Notes: generated from the sequence alone by a model not told the origin. Shown: positions 7,890 through 19,286, numbered from the stretch's first letter. The stretch: DNA of 46,116 bases from an uncultured Bacilli bacterium (GCA_947586205.1 CANPXO010000004.1:1-46116), one strand, 5' to 3'. Translations and numbers: made by a program.

Positions 7890-10409
7890 TTATCTTTCTA
7901 ATTCTGCTAATTTTTTCTTTTCTAACTCTAATTTCTTTTTCTCTTCTTCGACTAGTTTCTCTGGTGCTTTTTTACAGAAGTTCTCATTCGAAAGAAGTGT
8001 CTCTCTTTTTTGAATGCTTGATTTTAAAGATTCAATTTCTTTTTGTTTCTTTTCTTCATCTTCTTTAGACTCTTCTTTTTCATCATATAAATACAAAGAA
8101 TAATTTTTATATGTCACAGGATAATAAATACTTTTTTCACATGCATCTACGATGTGTCCTTCTAGTTTTAAACGTTTACTAATAAAGCTATAGTCTTCCT
8201 TATTTTGAAATACTACACTGTAATCTTTGCCAATATGATGCTCGGCTTTGACATTTCTAAATGTACTGATAAATTGGATAGAATCTGTTACTTTCTCTTC
8301 CTCACTTTCAAAAACATAAGATTTTTCATAAATAGGGTAAACACTTACCATAATGTTTTCCTTGGAATTTGGAAGTCTAGAATAAATCTCATCGGTTACA
8401 AACGGCATGAATGGATGTAACATTTGTAAAATTCCTTTTAATACTTTAAGTAATACTTGTTTTGTTGTAGAATCATTTAAAGAGAACTTGGCCATTTCAA
8501 TGTATTCATCACAGAAATCTTCCCAAATAAATTTATATAGAATACTTCCGACATTTTGAAATTCATATTTATCCATATATTTTGTAACATCTTTCACTGT
8601 CTTTTCATAACGAGTTAAAATCCATTTGTCGGTATCTTTAAGGTTCATTTCTTCTTGATAATCTTCTAAATTTAGCAAAACAAATCTTGAAGCATTCCAA
8701 ATTTTATTAATGAAATTCCATGTACTTCTTACCTTTTCTTCTTCATAACGAAGATCTGTTCCTCCCGCAGTTGAAGTGGCAAGATAGTATCTTAAAGAAT
8801 CTGCTCCATACTCTTCAATGACATCCATGGGGTCTACCCCATTTCCAAGACTCTTACTCATTTTTCTTCCTAATTTATCACGAATGAGTCCATGAATATA
8901 ACAATACTCAAATGGTCTTTGTCCTGTAAAATGAAGACCTTGGAAAGTCATCCGATTCACCCAGAATGGAATAATGTCATAACCAGTTACTAAAACACTC
9001 GTTGGATAATATTTTTCAAAATCCTTCGTTTTATCTGGCCAACCCAACGTACTAAATGGCCATAAGGCACTGGAAAACCAAGTATCTAAAACATCTTCAT
9101 CTTGAACCCAACCTTCTTCTTTTGGTGCCTCCATTCCAACATAAATTTCATCATCCTTATACCAAGCTGGAATTTGATGTCCCCACCAAAGTTGTCTTGA
9201 AATACACCAGTCATAGGTAATTTCCATCCAGTGATTCATAATTTTTTCAAAACGACTTGGTAAAAAATGAACTTTGTTCTTCTTATCTTTTTGATTTCCT
9301 AAAACTTTGTCGGCTAAAGGACGCATTTTCACAAACCATTGTTTTGATACCATAGGTTCTACTGGAACACCAGTTCTTTCCGAATGTCCAACATTATGGG
9401 TAATGTTTTGAATGGATAGTAAATATCCTTTTTCTTTTAATTCTTCGACAAGCTTTTCCCGACATTCAAAACGGTCCATTCCTTCATAATGTAAAGCAAC
9501 CTCATTCATCGTTCCATCTAAATTAATACAAGTAATTCCTTCTAGGTTATGTCTTTTACCAACTTCATAGTCGTTCGGGTCATGATTCACTGTAATTTTT
9601 ACAGCACCTGTTCCTTTTTCGGGGTCCGCATGAGGATCGGCAATAATCGGAATTTCCCGATTGACAATAGGAAGAATCACATTTTTACCAATCCATTTTT
9701 GATAACGTTTATCTTCTGGGTTTACAGCAACGGCATTATCTCCAAACATCGTTTCTGGTCTTGTTGTTGCAACTTCTAAGTATTCCTCTGTTCCAACGAT
9801 TGGATATTTGATATGATAAAAAGAACCTTCAATATCTTTATAGATTACTTCTTCATTACTAAGAGCAGTTTTGGCAACAGGATCCCAGTTAATCATTCTT
9901 GTTCCTCGGTAAATGAGTCCTTCGTTATATAAATCAACGAATACTTTACGAACAGCTTTCGAAAGTCCTTCATCTAAAGTAAATCTTTCTTTTCGATAAT
10001 CCAAACTTAAACCTAATTTAGCCCATTGACTTCGAATATTTTCTGCATATTCTTTCTTCCAATCCCAAGCGACTTTCAACCATTCTTCTCTTTTCATACT
10101 TCGAGGGTCTATCCCACTTTCTTGTAGTTTTTTATCTACTTTAGCTTGCGTGGCAATTCCTGCATGATCCATTCCTGGAAGCCATAAAGTATCAAAACCC
10201 TTCATTCTTTTATAACGAATCATAATATCTTGTAAAGTGGTATCCCAAGCATGTCCTAAATGAAGTTTTCCAGTCACATTAGGTGGTGGTATCACAATTG
10301 TAAAAGGTTTGGCATTCGTATGCCCACATTCAAAGTACCCACTATAAACCCAACTTTCGTATTTTCCTTCTTCTACACTTTTATGATTATATTTTGTTTC
10401 CATTTCCAT
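7890..10409 (-). CDS. valS: Valine--tRNA ligase (probable start 10409, MEMETK)
   Basis: [30 protein letters not shown] and a C-terminal coiled coil. Confidence 0.97.
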   Translation of the reverse strand: MEMETKYNHKSVEEGKYESWVYSGYFECGHTNAKPFTIVIPPPNVTGKLHLGHAWDTTLQDIMIRYKRMKGFDTLWLPGMDHAGIATQAKVDKKLQESGIDPRSMKREEWLKVAWDWKKEYAENIRSQWAKLGLSLDYRKERFTLDEGLSKAVRKVFVDLYNEGLIYRGTRMINWDPVAKTALSNEEVIYKDIEGSFYHIKYPIVGTEEYLEVATTRPETMFGDNAVAVNPEDKRYQKWIGKNVILPIVNREIPIIADPHADPEKGTGAVKITVNHDPNDYEVGKRHNLEGITCINLDGTMNEVALHYEGMDRFECREKLVEELKEKGYLLSIQNITHNVGHSERTGVPVEPMVSKQWFVKMRPLADKVLGNQKDKKNKVHFLPSRFEKIMNHWMEITYDWCISRQLWWGHQIPAWYKDDEIYVGMEAPKEEGWVQDEDVLDTWFSSALWPFSTLGWPDKTKDFEKYYPTSVLVTGYDIIPFWVNRMTFQGLHFTGQRPFEYCYIHGLIRDKLGRKMSKSLGNGVDPMDVIEEYGADSLRYYLATSTAGGTDLRYEEEKVRSTWNFINKIWNASRFVLLNLEDYQEEMNLKDTDKWILTRYEKTVKDVTKYMDKYEFQNVGSILYKFIWEDFCDEYIEMAKFSLNDSTTKQVLLKVLKGILQMLHPFMPFVTDEIYSRLPNSKENIMVSVYPIYEKSYVFESEEEKVTDSIQFISTFRNVKAEHHIGKDYSVVFQNKEDYSFISKRLKLEGHIVDACEKSIYYPVTYKNYSLYLYDEKEESKEDEEKKQKEIESLKSSIQKRETLLSNENFCKKAPEKLVEEEKKKLELEKKKLAELER

Positions 10410-10431
10410 TCCATTTTCCTTCTTTCTTTTC

Positions 10432-10920
10432 TTATTTTTTCTTTCGAGATAAACTTTTCCAATCATAATTTTCTTGCATACTTTCGTAGACTCGTACCCA
10501 ACTAGAATTTACATCTTCAGCTGTAATAAACTGAAAAGTATTTTGTTCACATTGAAAAGCCATCATCTTTTTCTTGATATTCTTTCGATTTTGTTCTTTG
10601 CTTGGAAGTAATTCTCTTTCAAAAAATTTTAATTGTTCTTCACTTACGACTTCTGGAATAAATAAGCCTATGTTTGTTTGCCTTAAAAAAACAATGAGAT
10701 AACCTAAATCCTTACATAATGTTTTGGAATATAAGTAATGGTCTAATAAGTTAGGAATATGATGTATTTCAATATAAGGAGGATGCATTTTAAAATACGA
10801 CTCATACATATGATAAACAATTTTATCTGAATTTGTTAAAAATTCATCCTGTTCTTTGGTGACTTTATTCCCAAAAGGATCCACGATAATCACTTGAATC
10901 AAATCAATCATTCCTTTCAT
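10432..10920 (-). CDS. Hypothetical protein between the T-box and valS (true start probably 10911 or 10899)
   Basis: 162-codon ORF; AAAGGA SD right after the T-box terminator. Confidence 0.7.
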   Translation of the reverse strand: MKGMIDLIQVIIVDPFGNKVTKEQDEFLTNSDKIVYHMYESYFKMHPPYIEIHHIPNLLDHYLYSKTLCKDLGYLIVFLRQTNIGLFIPEVVSEEQLKFFERELLPSKEQNRKNIKKKMMAFQCEQNTFQFITAEDVNSSWVRVYESMQENYDWKSLSRKKK

Positions 10921-11109
10921 AAAAAAAGAATGATACCAAAGGAGTCTATAGAGACGGTACCATCCTTAAATTTCACTTTTTTTGATAACGCAGATCCCTG
11001 CGATTTTGCTCCCTTGCAACCTTCAAAGAACGAATGTTTCCTTGTTTTCACCAACCACAAGTTCTCTGTAAACTTCTTCCTTTTACTCCTCAAGTTCTTC
11101 ACAAATTTC
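10921..11109 (-). promoter_or_regulatory. T-box riboswitch, Val specifier
   Basis: On the - strand: AGTA/GAA specifier loop with GTT (11018-11020), AGAGA...GGTGAAA stem I apex, antiterminator TGGTACC (10956-10962), terminator hairpin plus T7; promoter TTGATT-N17-TAAGAT (11144-11116). Confidence 0.88.
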
Positions 11110-11140
11110 GTATTTATCTTATCAACTTTTTCTAAGAAAA

Positions 11141-12118
11141 TCAAGTAAAAGATAGGGTTTCTACCACGTTTGCATTGATTTCAATTTCAATCTCGCCTGT
11201 TTCATTTCGTTTTGCAGACACAGTATCATCTTCTTCTATTTCGTGAACTTCAGAAATTACTTCATTTGTATTCATATCATAAATATAAAAAGTGCCTTCT
11301 ACAGTTTGACAACTGATGTACTTATCAATAAAAGCTAAAGAAACAAAATCCCCTTCTAAAACTTGTTCCCCAGAATAATTCATTAAATGATTCAACTCAT
11401 TTTTTTCAGTTATAATATAGGTATCATTATATGTTACGATTGGTTCAAGAATACTTTGAGTCAGTTTTTCATCATTAGCATTAATAATATACCATTCAGA
11501 TCCTTCCTCGGCGACAAAAGAAGAAGATGTTAATGGAGGTTCTCCCACTTTATCATCGATGACTCCAATAAAATCATAACTATAAGGTACAACTAAAGTG
11601 GCAAGCAAATCTACTTGTAAAATACCAAATTTATGTTCCTTATTTTCGACAATAAAATAAGAGTTAGCTAATCCTATTTGATAATTTTTAATGGAATCAT
11701 AAGAAACAGATTTATAAGAAAAATTATTTTTTATATCATATAGAAATGTTTCAGTACTCTCTTCTGTTTCATTATCTTGAATAAAAACATATTGATCTAA
11801 AATAACAGGAATGTAAGATGTTTCTTTGCTTTGATAATAGTCAATGGGATAATCTTTATCATTTTCATAAGATATTGCATAACGACAATTCGGATGTTCA
11901 CACGTATATGTTCCTAAAACCTCTCCACTCGCATTATAAAACCATAACATCCCGTTATAATATAATTCTTTATTTGGATTATCACTAAATGCTGGATTTT
12001 TAGGCTTTACATTTTTACTTATATGTAAGTAAAGACTATATCCTCCTAAAGGAACAAAGATGAGTAATAAAACGAGAATGATTAGAAAAGCTGTCTTCTG
12101 CATTTTTGGACTAATCAT
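11141..12118 (-). CDS. Membrane-anchored beta-rich extracellular protein (probable start 12118, MISPKMQ), paralog of the neighbouring gene
   Basis: N-terminal TM; G.L.F...LG.Y.C...C module; YVFIQD. Confidence 0.75.
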   Translation of the reverse strand: MISPKMQKTAFLIILVLLLIFVPLGGYSLYLHISKNVKPKNPAFSDNPNKELYYNGMLWFYNASGEVLGTYTCEHPNCRYAISYENDKDYPIDYYQSKETSYIPVILDQYVFIQDNETEESTETFLYDIKNNFSYKSVSYDSIKNYQIGLANSYFIVENKEHKFGILQVDLLATLVVPYSYDFIGVIDDKVGEPPLTSSSFVAEEGSEWYIINANDEKLTQSILEPIVTYNDTYIITEKNELNHLMNYSGEQVLEGDFVSLAFIDKYISCQTVEGTFYIYDMNTNEVISEVHEIEEDDTVSAKRNETGEIEIEINANVVETLSFT

Positions 12119-14450
12119 TCGTTTCTTCTCCTTCCGTAGACTCACTTGGATGATTTCCTTCTTCTGGATTTTGTTCTTCCTCACTCGGATCTGGTTCTTG
12201 TTCTTTTGGATGAATTGGATATGCAATTTCTTTTTGATAATAACCATTCGTATCGCCTAAAGCAACATAAATATTTTCATTATCAAATGTTATTTTGAAT
12301 GCATTGATTGTTTGTCCATAATATTTATCAGATGGTAAAATGAGTTTTAATCCTTCTTCTTCCCCATCACTAATCAAATTCTTTTTTGCATCTTCATATG
12401 AATAGACATAGAGTCTTCCACTTAAAACTGTTGCAAAGTAATTATCATAAAGTTCTACATAATCATAACTGTTACTTGTAAGTTCTCCTTCAAAAGAATA
12501 GACATGATATTGGTTATCTTTTAGGGTTTTCATATAGTTTTTATGATAATCAACAATTGGTGATGGAGCATCTGTTGTCACTTTCTTTCCACTTGCATCA
12601 TATAAAGAATATTTTCCGTTTTCTTCTACTACATAGTAATCTCCTAGTTTTAAAATACTTTCTTTTTCAAAACTAATCACAGATTCTACTTTATCCTTAG
12701 AAATCTTTACAACTCCATATTTAGAGGAATTATTAGATTTTGCAATAAAGGTAATGTCCCCATTTTGAAAGCTAAGTTCTTTTAAACCTGTATAAGAAGA
12801 AGTATCGACTGTTTCATAAGGAGCTTTTTCTTCGTTATTCAAAAGATCATAGAACACAATTCGATCTCCATCTTGAATAAAGATGTACTGTTTATAGAAA
12901 ATTGGAATCACACCTGTTTCTATTTTTTGATTTTCTTTTGTATTTCTTGTTTCTCTTAGAATCGAATCAATGGCAGGTGCACAGGCACTTAAACTTTCTG
13001 TTTTTTCTTCCACTTCATTACGATTTGTGCATTCATAACTGCCAAGTAATTTTGTTTTTTCTTGGTCTTCATAGAAATAGAGTTTGCCATCAAAGTAATT
13101 CATATAAGCAAGTTTTTGAGATAAGTTTCCTTCCCATAAATCATAATGATAATTTTGAGCCGAAATTCCATCATAGACATTTAAATTTAAAGTATGATCT
13201 TGTTTTTCATAATCAAAAGATTTTGCTGTTTCTACCGTCTTACCATCTTTAATCGTTGCTTTTGGATTATAATTTGTATTTTTAAGTGTCACTTCTTGTA
13301 AGCCCATTGTATGGTTTTCATAGTCTTTTATCACAACAGATTTGTTTACAATTCCAATATAAATGTCATCTAATAAAGCTACATAATCATACATTTCTTC
13401 ATTGATTTTTTTTCCATTATAATCATAAATTTGATATTTTCCTGCCGCATCTTTGGATTTGATATGAGTACTACTTGCTCCGACAATTGGTAAAGTGACA
13501 GCTTTCGAAACTTGATTTAAAAGATTGGCAACATAGTAGTTTTGGTCTTTTCGAACAGCCACCATAGCTAGAGCATCACTTTCAGGAATCATGTGCATTT
13601 CTTCATAAGAAGAAGCATAAGGAATGACAATTTTTACTTCACTTTCGGTAAATTGTAGTAAAGCATAGAAACCCTCATCATTTTTAGTCACAAAGTATCC
13701 ATCATATTCTGGAGTTTGTAAGACTTCAATTACGGTATCAACAACTTCTTTATTTTTGATATCATAGATTTTGGTTTCAATATTTTTAGCATTGCTAGAA
13801 TCTCTTAAGAAAACAAAACGGTTAAAATAGATTTTGGAACGGAAATTAAGAGATTTTCCATCAACATCCACTCTTCTTACTGTATCCATGGTTTCATCGG
13901 TTTGTAATGTTGCAACAGCACATAAAGTCTCATCTTGATTGATACATTCATACTCCCCAATTTCTTCTTCTTTTTCATCTAAGAAAATTAATTTCCCATT
14001 TTCATAACGATAGTTGTCCATTTCTAAAACAATATCTGGTTCCTTTGGAGTCTCTTCTGGTTTCTTGAATAAGATACATAAAAAGACAATTAAGACAATC
14101 ATCAATACAAGAACAAAAACACCTAAAGATACAAATAAAATCTTATTTTTCTTACTTAAACCATTCCATTTCTTTTTGCATTTACTAAAAATACTTTCTT
14201 TCTTTTCAGCATTTATTTTTTCTTTTGTTTCTACTTCTGTTTGAAAAATTAAATCTGCATCTCGACTACTCTCATCAAAAGCTTGAGCATAGTCCTCTAT
14301 AGAATTTTGTCCTTTTTCAGGAATTAAGTCTTTTAATTCAATCACTTCTTTTGTCGTTTCTAATGTTTCCATCTCATTTTCAAAAAGATCTTTATTTTCC
14401 TTATTTTTTTCTTCTTCGAAAGAAAAATCTTTCTCATCCATACTAGTCAT
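12111..14450 (-). CDS. Membrane-anchored beta-rich (WG-repeat-like) protein with an internal duplication
   Basis: Acidic N-terminus, one TM, two copies of the GKL.F...G.YEC.N...C module. Confidence 0.8.
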   Translation of the reverse strand: MTSMDEKDFSFEEEKNKENKDLFENEMETLETTKEVIELKDLIPEKGQNSIEDYAQAFDESSRDADLIFQTEVETKEKINAEKKESIFSKCKKKWNGLSKKNKILFVSLGVFVLVLMIVLIVFLCILFKKPEETPKEPDIVLEMDNYRYENGKLIFLDEKEEEIGEYECINQDETLCAVATLQTDETMDTVRRVDVDGKSLNFRSKIYFNRFVFLRDSSNAKNIETKIYDIKNKEVVDTVIEVLQTPEYDGYFVTKNDEGFYALLQFTESEVKIVIPYASSYEEMHMIPESDALAMVAVRKDQNYYVANLLNQVSKAVTLPIVGASSTHIKSKDAAGKYQIYDYNGKKINEEMYDYVALLDDIYIGIVNKSVVIKDYENHTMGLQEVTLKNTNYNPKATIKDGKTVETAKSFDYEKQDHTLNLNVYDGISAQNYHYDLWEGNLSQKLAYMNYFDGKLYFYEDQEKTKLLGSYECTNRNEVEEKTESLSACAPAIDSILRETRNTKENQKIETGVIPIFYKQYIFIQDGDRIVFYDLLNNEEKAPYETVDTSSYTGLKELSFQNGDITFIAKSNNSSKYGVVKISKDKVESVISFEKESILKLGDYYVVEENGKYSLYDASGKKVTTDAPSPIVDYHKNYMKTLKDNQYHVYSFEGELTSNSYDYVELYDNYFATVLSGRLYVYSYEDAKKNLISDGEEEGLKLILPSDKYYGQTINAFKITFDNENIYVALGDTNGYYQKEIAYPIHPKEQEPDPSEEEQNPEEGNHPSESTEGEETND

Positions 14451-14558
14451 CTCCTACTTTAAACATTATACCAACGATATTTAAAATTTACAACTAGGGA
14501 ATGGAAATTTGTGATAAAATGAAAAAGAAAAGCATAGATTGATATAAAGGAGAATGTT

Positions 14559-14885
14559 ATGAAATTAAAACTGAATAATAAAGAATTAGAGATTGTTGTT
14601 GCCAAAGATTTTAAAACAAGACTTTTGGGCCTCATGGGAAAAAAGAATATTAATTTTGGGATGCTTTTTCCTAAGTGTAATGGAATTCATACCTATTTTA
14701 TGAAGGAAAATATTGATGTCATTGGTTTAAATGAGGACAACCAAGTGATTTATATTTATCGTTCTGTTCCGAAAAATAAAATTGTGAAAATCAGTGAAGA
14801 TGCCAAGAAAACAAGTATTTTAGAATTACCTGAAAATGCCAGTCAAAAATTATATATAGGTTCTATTTTAAAGTTTGAAGACTAA
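14559..14885 (+). CDS. DUF192-family protein
   Basis: A..F..RL.GLMG, GMLF, IHTYFM..IDVI and ILELP motifs. Confidence 0.85.
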   Translation: MKLKLNNKELEIVVAKDFKTRLLGLMGKKNINFGMLFPKCNGIHTYFMKENIDVIGLNEDNQVIYIYRSVPKNKIVKISEDAKKTSILELPENASQKLYIGSILKFED

Positions 14886-14911
14886 AAAAGATTACTCCAT
14901 GTAACCTTTTT

Positions 14912-16186
14912 TTATTCTCGCCATTCAAAGATATAATCTAAAATTTGGACTTCGTCTCCTCTTTTGGCTCCAAGACGTTCGAGTTCATCATCAATACCCA
15001 TTCCTTTTAGTTTTCGTGCAAAGCGAAGAACTGCTTCGTCTTCATTAAAACGAGTCATGGCAAATAATTTTTCAATTTCTGCTCCTCTTAATACCCATAT
15101 TCCATCTTCTTTGGTAATCGTATATGGTTTTTCATTTTGAAAACGATAGACAATGGTACTTTCATAATCATCCTCTTGATACATAGGGCTTTCTTCAATC
15201 GTTTCTAAAGTATCTTTTAAATAAATCATTAACTCATCTAATCCTTCATGATGGAGTGCACTTATTGAAAATATGACAGCATCTGGATATTTTTCTTTAA
15301 AGCGTTTTAAATTTTCATCAAATCCTTCCACATCCTTTTTATTCGCGACAATGACTTCTTTTTTATGAGCAAGCACGTCATTGTAAGAAACGATTTCTCG
15401 TCGAATGACTTCATAGTCTTCTATCGGGTCTCTTCCTTCAGACCCAGCCATGTCAAGAACATGTAAAAGCATACGAGTTCGCATCGCGTGTTTCAAAAAC
15501 TGAATACCAAGACCTACTCCCTCATGGGCTCCTTCAATGAGTCCTGGTAAATCCGCTAGAATAAAGCTTCGTTTATCTTTTAATTCGACTACACCAAGGT
15601 TAGGACTAATGGTTGTAAAATGGTAACTAGCAATTTTTGGATTCGCTTTAGTCACAGCATCTAAGATGGTACTTTTTCCAACACTAGGCATACCAATGAT
15701 TCCGACATCAGCAATGAGTTTGAGCTCGCATCGAATATAGCGAATTTCTCCAGGCTCTCCTAGTTCTGAAAAATTAGGCGCTGGTTTTTCATGTGTTGCA
15801 AAAGCAACATTTCCACGGCCACCTCTTCCACCATGGGCGACAATTACTTGTTCTTGATCCTCAGTTAAATCGGCAATCACTAGTCCCGTATCTTCATCAT
15901 AAATTGTTGTTCCAGCAGGCACATGAATCACAATATCTTCCGCATTTTTACCGCGACAATTCTTGCCACTTCCATTCTCCCCTTTATTTGCTTTCATAAT
16001 TTTATGAAATTTTAAATCAATTAAAGTTCCAAGCCCTTTATCGACTTTAAAAATGATGTCTCCTCCTTTTCCGCCAGAGCCCCCATCAGGACCACCCATA
16101 GCTACGTATTTTTCACGTCTAAAAGAAGTACATCCATCTCCCCCTTTTCCGGCTACCAATTTCATTTTCACTTCATCTAAAAACAT
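14912..16186 (-). CDS. obgE: GTPase Obg/CgtA
   Basis: MFLDEV..., GKGGDG, GGPDGG, GMPSVGKST, DLPGLIEGA, NKKD; Firmicute C-terminal domain. Confidence 0.97.
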   Translation of the reverse strand: MFLDEVKMKLVAGKGGDGCTSFRREKYVAMGGPDGGSGGKGGDIIFKVDKGLGTLIDLKFHKIMKANKGENGSGKNCRGKNAEDIVIHVPAGTTIYDEDTGLVIADLTEDQEQVIVAHGGRGGRGNVAFATHEKPAPNFSELGEPGEIRYIRCELKLIADVGIIGMPSVGKSTILDAVTKANPKIASYHFTTISPNLGVVELKDKRSFILADLPGLIEGAHEGVGLGIQFLKHAMRTRMLLHVLDMAGSEGRDPIEDYEVIRREIVSYNDVLAHKKEVIVANKKDVEGFDENLKRFKEKYPDAVIFSISALHHEGLDELMIYLKDTLETIEESPMYQEDDYESTIVYRFQNEKPYTITKEDGIWVLRGAEIEKLFAMTRFNEDEAVLRFARKLKGMGIDDELERLGAKRGDEVQILDYIFEWRE

Positions 16187-16267
16187 AGGAACCACTCCTT
16201 GTATTCATTTTAATAAAGAATACAGAAAAATGCAAGAATTAAAAAACTACAGCTTAATTTCTGTAGT

Positions 16268-18382
16268 CTATTTTTCTTTTTTATGAATCACAAATTCGTC
16301 ATTTTGAACATCAATTTCTAACGTTTCTCCAACAGATAGTTCAGAAGAAAGAAGGGCATGTGCGATTAAGGATTCAATATTTTTCGTGACATATCGTTTA
16401 ATTGGTCTTGCTCCAAACTCTGGGTCAAAAGATTCTTCAATGATTTTATCTTTGGCACTTTGGGTTAATGTTAAATGAATTAAATTCGTATCTAATCTTT
16501 TTTGAAGTTCACCAATGAGTTTATCTAATATTTCACCGACTACTTCTTTCTTTAAAGATGAGAATACGATAATTTCATCAATTCGGTTAATAAACTCTGG
16601 ACGGAAGTGAGTTCTTAATTCAGCCATGACTTTTTCTTTTGCATGTTCATCATTTTCTAAAATCGATTCACTTCCTAAGTTACTTGTCATGATAATAATG
16701 GTATTTTTAAAGTCAACCGTTCTTCCTTGACTATCCGTAAGTCGTCCATCATCTAAGATTTGTAGTAAAATATTGAAAACATCTTTATGAGCTTTTTCAA
16801 TTTCATCAAATAAGACAATGCTATATGGATTTCTTCGAACCGCTTCGGTTAATACTCCACCTTCGTCATAACCAACATATCCTGGAGGCGCGCCAATAAG
16901 ACGAGAAACATTGAAGGCTTCCATGTATTCGGAACAATCGATTCGTATCATGTGTCTTTCATCATCAAATAGTTCATAGGCTAAGCTTCGAGCAACTTCT
17001 GTTTTTCCAACTCCTGTTGGACCTAGGAAAATAAATGATCCAATTGGACGATTCGGGTCTTTGATTCCACTTCTTGCCCTGATAATCGCTTCACTTACTA
17101 AATCTAAAGCTTCATCTTGACCTTTAACTCTTTCCTTTAATCTTGATTTTAATTGTAGCAATTTTTCCTTCTCACTACTTACGAGTTTCGCGACAGGAAT
17201 ATGAGTCCAACGAGAAATAATCTCTGCGATTTTCTCATCATCGACGACATCTGATAAGATTTTACTATCTTCTTCTTTGCGTAAATCCTCAAGTTCTTTT
17301 TCAAGTGTTGGAATCACCCCATGACGAAGTCTTGCACTGGTCTCTAAATCATAGTTGTTCTCGGCTTTTTCTAATTCGAATTTTGTTCTTTCGAGTTCTT
17401 CTTTTTTACTATTAATGGTTTCTTTAATCTTTTTCTCTTGTTCCCATTTTTGTCTTAGATTTGCTTCTTGTTCTTTTAAATTTTTAAGTTCTTCTTCAAT
17501 GGTATTCATACGAGCGATAGAAATTTCATCTTTCTCTTTCTTTAAAGCTTGACGTTCAATTTCTAAAGACATAATTTTTCTTGTTAACGTATCAAGTTCT
17601 ACTGGAACAGAATCTAATTGCATTTTAATCGTGGCACAGGCTTCATCGACTAAGTCAATGGCTTTATCAGGTAAGAATCTGTCTGTAATATAACGGTCTG
17701 AAAGAGTTGCAGCAGAAACTAAAGCAGAATCTTTGATGGATACTTTATGAAATATTTCAAAACGTTCTTTGAGTCCTCTTAGAATCGTAATGGTATCTTC
17801 TACGGTAGGTTCACTTACTAAAACTTTTTGGAAACGTCTTTCTAAGGCTCCATCTTTCTCAATATACTTACGATATTCATTTAGAGTTGTCGCGCCTATT
17901 ACATGAATTTCACCACGGGCAAGAAGTGGCTTTAACATATTAGATACGTCCATCGCTCCTTCTGCCCCACTTCCAACAATCATATGAATTTCATCAATAA
18001 ACATGATGATGTCTCCATCACTTTCTTGAATTTCTTTTAAGACAGCTTTCAGTCTTTCCTCAAATTCACCTCGGTATTTGGCACCTGCAACTAAAGCACC
18101 TAAGTCTAACTCCCAAATTGTTTTTCCTTTTAAACTATTTGGAATATCTCCTTTTACAATACGTTCAGCAAGGCCTTCCACGATTGCGGTTTTACCAACA
18201 CCTGGTTCACCAATTAATACTGGATTATTTTTACTTTTACGAGATAATATTCGAACAACATTACGAATCTCTTCATCACGACCAATGACTGGGTCTACTT
18301 TATTATCACGAACATTTTTTGTAATATCACGTCCATATTTCTCTAATGGTTTTTGTATTTCTTCATTATTATTAGGATACAT
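16268..18382 (-). CDS. clpB: ClpB chaperone lacking the N-terminal Clp_N domain (probable start 18382)
   Basis: Two AAA modules ([16 protein letters not shown]) and a long middle coiled coil; SD GGAGGTG. Confidence 0.92.
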   Translation of the reverse strand: MYPNNNEEIQKPLEKYGRDITKNVRDNKVDPVIGRDEEIRNVVRILSRKSKNNPVLIGEPGVGKTAIVEGLAERIVKGDIPNSLKGKTIWELDLGALVAGAKYRGEFEERLKAVLKEIQESDGDIIMFIDEIHMIVGSGAEGAMDVSNMLKPLLARGEIHVIGATTLNEYRKYIEKDGALERRFQKVLVSEPTVEDTITILRGLKERFEIFHKVSIKDSALVSAATLSDRYITDRFLPDKAIDLVDEACATIKMQLDSVPVELDTLTRKIMSLEIERQALKKEKDEISIARMNTIEEELKNLKEQEANLRQKWEQEKKIKETINSKKEELERTKFELEKAENNYDLETSARLRHGVIPTLEKELEDLRKEEDSKILSDVVDDEKIAEIISRWTHIPVAKLVSSEKEKLLQLKSRLKERVKGQDEALDLVSEAIIRARSGIKDPNRPIGSFIFLGPTGVGKTEVARSLAYELFDDERHMIRIDCSEYMEAFNVSRLIGAPPGYVGYDEGGVLTEAVRRNPYSIVLFDEIEKAHKDVFNILLQILDDGRLTDSQGRTVDFKNTIIIMTSNLGSESILENDEHAKEKVMAELRTHFRPEFINRIDEIIVFSSLKKEVVGEILDKLIGELQKRLDTNLIHLTLTQSAKDKIIEESFDPEFGARPIKRYVTKNIESLIAHALLSSELSVGETLEIDVQNDEFVIHKKEK

Positions 18383-18425
18383 AAGATCCCACCTCCATTT
18401 CATACTATTCCATTATATCATATTT

Positions 18426-18452
18426 TTAGCACTTGTCAATATCGAGTGCTAA
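18426..18452 (-). promoter_or_regulatory. CIRCE (HrcA operator) overlapping the clpB -35
   Basis: TTAGCACTC-N9-AAGTGCTAA on the - strand (1 mismatch to consensus), containing TTGACA. Confidence 0.92.
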
Positions 18453-18519
18453 TTTCATTTTAAAAAGGAGAGGAGAATAAATAATCCTCCCATATTTATA
18501 ATGTACATCTTGATAAGAT

Positions 18520-19026
18520 TTATACAGTAATATGATTATATTCTAAACATTTTTCTTCTAATAATGGGAAGTTACAGCATCGATTCATTATATTAAGATT
18601 TAATTTTCCCTTTTGATAGTAATCGTATAGTTTTTCCGATTTTCGATAAACTTTATCTTTATTTCTATTTAGAAAAATAGAATCTGCTTTCAACAAATTG
18701 TAATATTTTTGTTCTTCGCTAGAATTTTGAATTTGATTTAAGTCCAATACTTCATAATTAGCTGAAGTAACTGGAATCATATTATTAAAATTAATAACTC
18801 CTACTAATCTATTTTTTACTTCTATTTTCATAAAATCAATAAAATTCGACATATTTTGGTGCTTTGCTTTAGGACTTGATAAAGGAGCAAAATATTCCAT
18901 ATCCTTTACTTTTAATAAAGCACCAATATATGGTCGATTTTGTTTAAACTCATATATCTTTTCTTCAAAATTTCTTAAATAATCTAGATAATCCTTATCT
19001 ATTTTAACAATTTTTATTGTTTTCAT
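18520..19026 (-). CDS. toxN: Type III toxin, ToxN/AbiQ-family endoribonuclease (probable start 19026)
   Basis: YLDYLR.FE.KI, RPYIG, YFAPLSSPK.KH, INFNNMIPV and CCNFPLLEEKC motifs. Confidence 0.9.
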   Translation of the reverse strand: MKTIKIVKIDKDYLDYLRNFEEKIYEFKQNRPYIGALLKVKDMEYFAPLSSPKAKHQNMSNFIDFMKIEVKNRLVGVINFNNMIPVTSANYEVLDLNQIQNSSEEQKYYNLLKADSIFLNRNKDKVYRKSEKLYDYYQKGKLNLNIMNRCCNFPLLEEKCLEYNHITV

Positions 19027-19087
19027 TATAACCAACTCTTTTCCTTGCTTATAATTATAATACACAGGCGAACATTTGTAAAGAAAA

Positions 19088-19115
19088 AGACTAAATTTTT
19101 TTAAAAACTTAGTCT
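19088..19115 (-). terminator. Terminator between the antitoxin repeats and toxN
   Basis: AGACTAAGTTTTT...AAAAATTTAGTCT followed by a T-tract on the - strand. Confidence 0.8.
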
Positions 19116-19220
19116 GCTTTTATGATTCCCGACTTATGGCTGGGGTCACCGCTTTTATCATTTCCATTTATTGGCTGGAATCACCGCTTTAATCATTTCC
19201 ATTTAACGGCTGGAATCACC
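19116..19220 (-). ncRNA. toxI: Type III antitoxin RNA (ToxI/antiQ-like), 3 x 35-nt repeats
   Basis: Units 19116-19150, 19151-19185 and 19186-19220 (GGTGATTCCAGCC...GGAAATGATAAAAGC); upstream promoter TTGACA-N18-TACTAT (19283-19254). Confidence 0.88.
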
Positions 19221-19286
19221 TCTTTTAATACGTACATCTCTCTGTACAAATTAATAGTAGCATATAATTGTATATTTTGTCAAGCA

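Noticed and set aside
10894..11148. ORFs 10917-11144 (-) and 10894-11148 (+)
   Set aside because: They coincide with the T-box leader and have no convincing RBS
19116..19220. 35-nt repeats as a CRISPR array
   Set aside because: The repeats are contiguous with no spacers, no cas genes are present, and their position before a toxN homolog explains them
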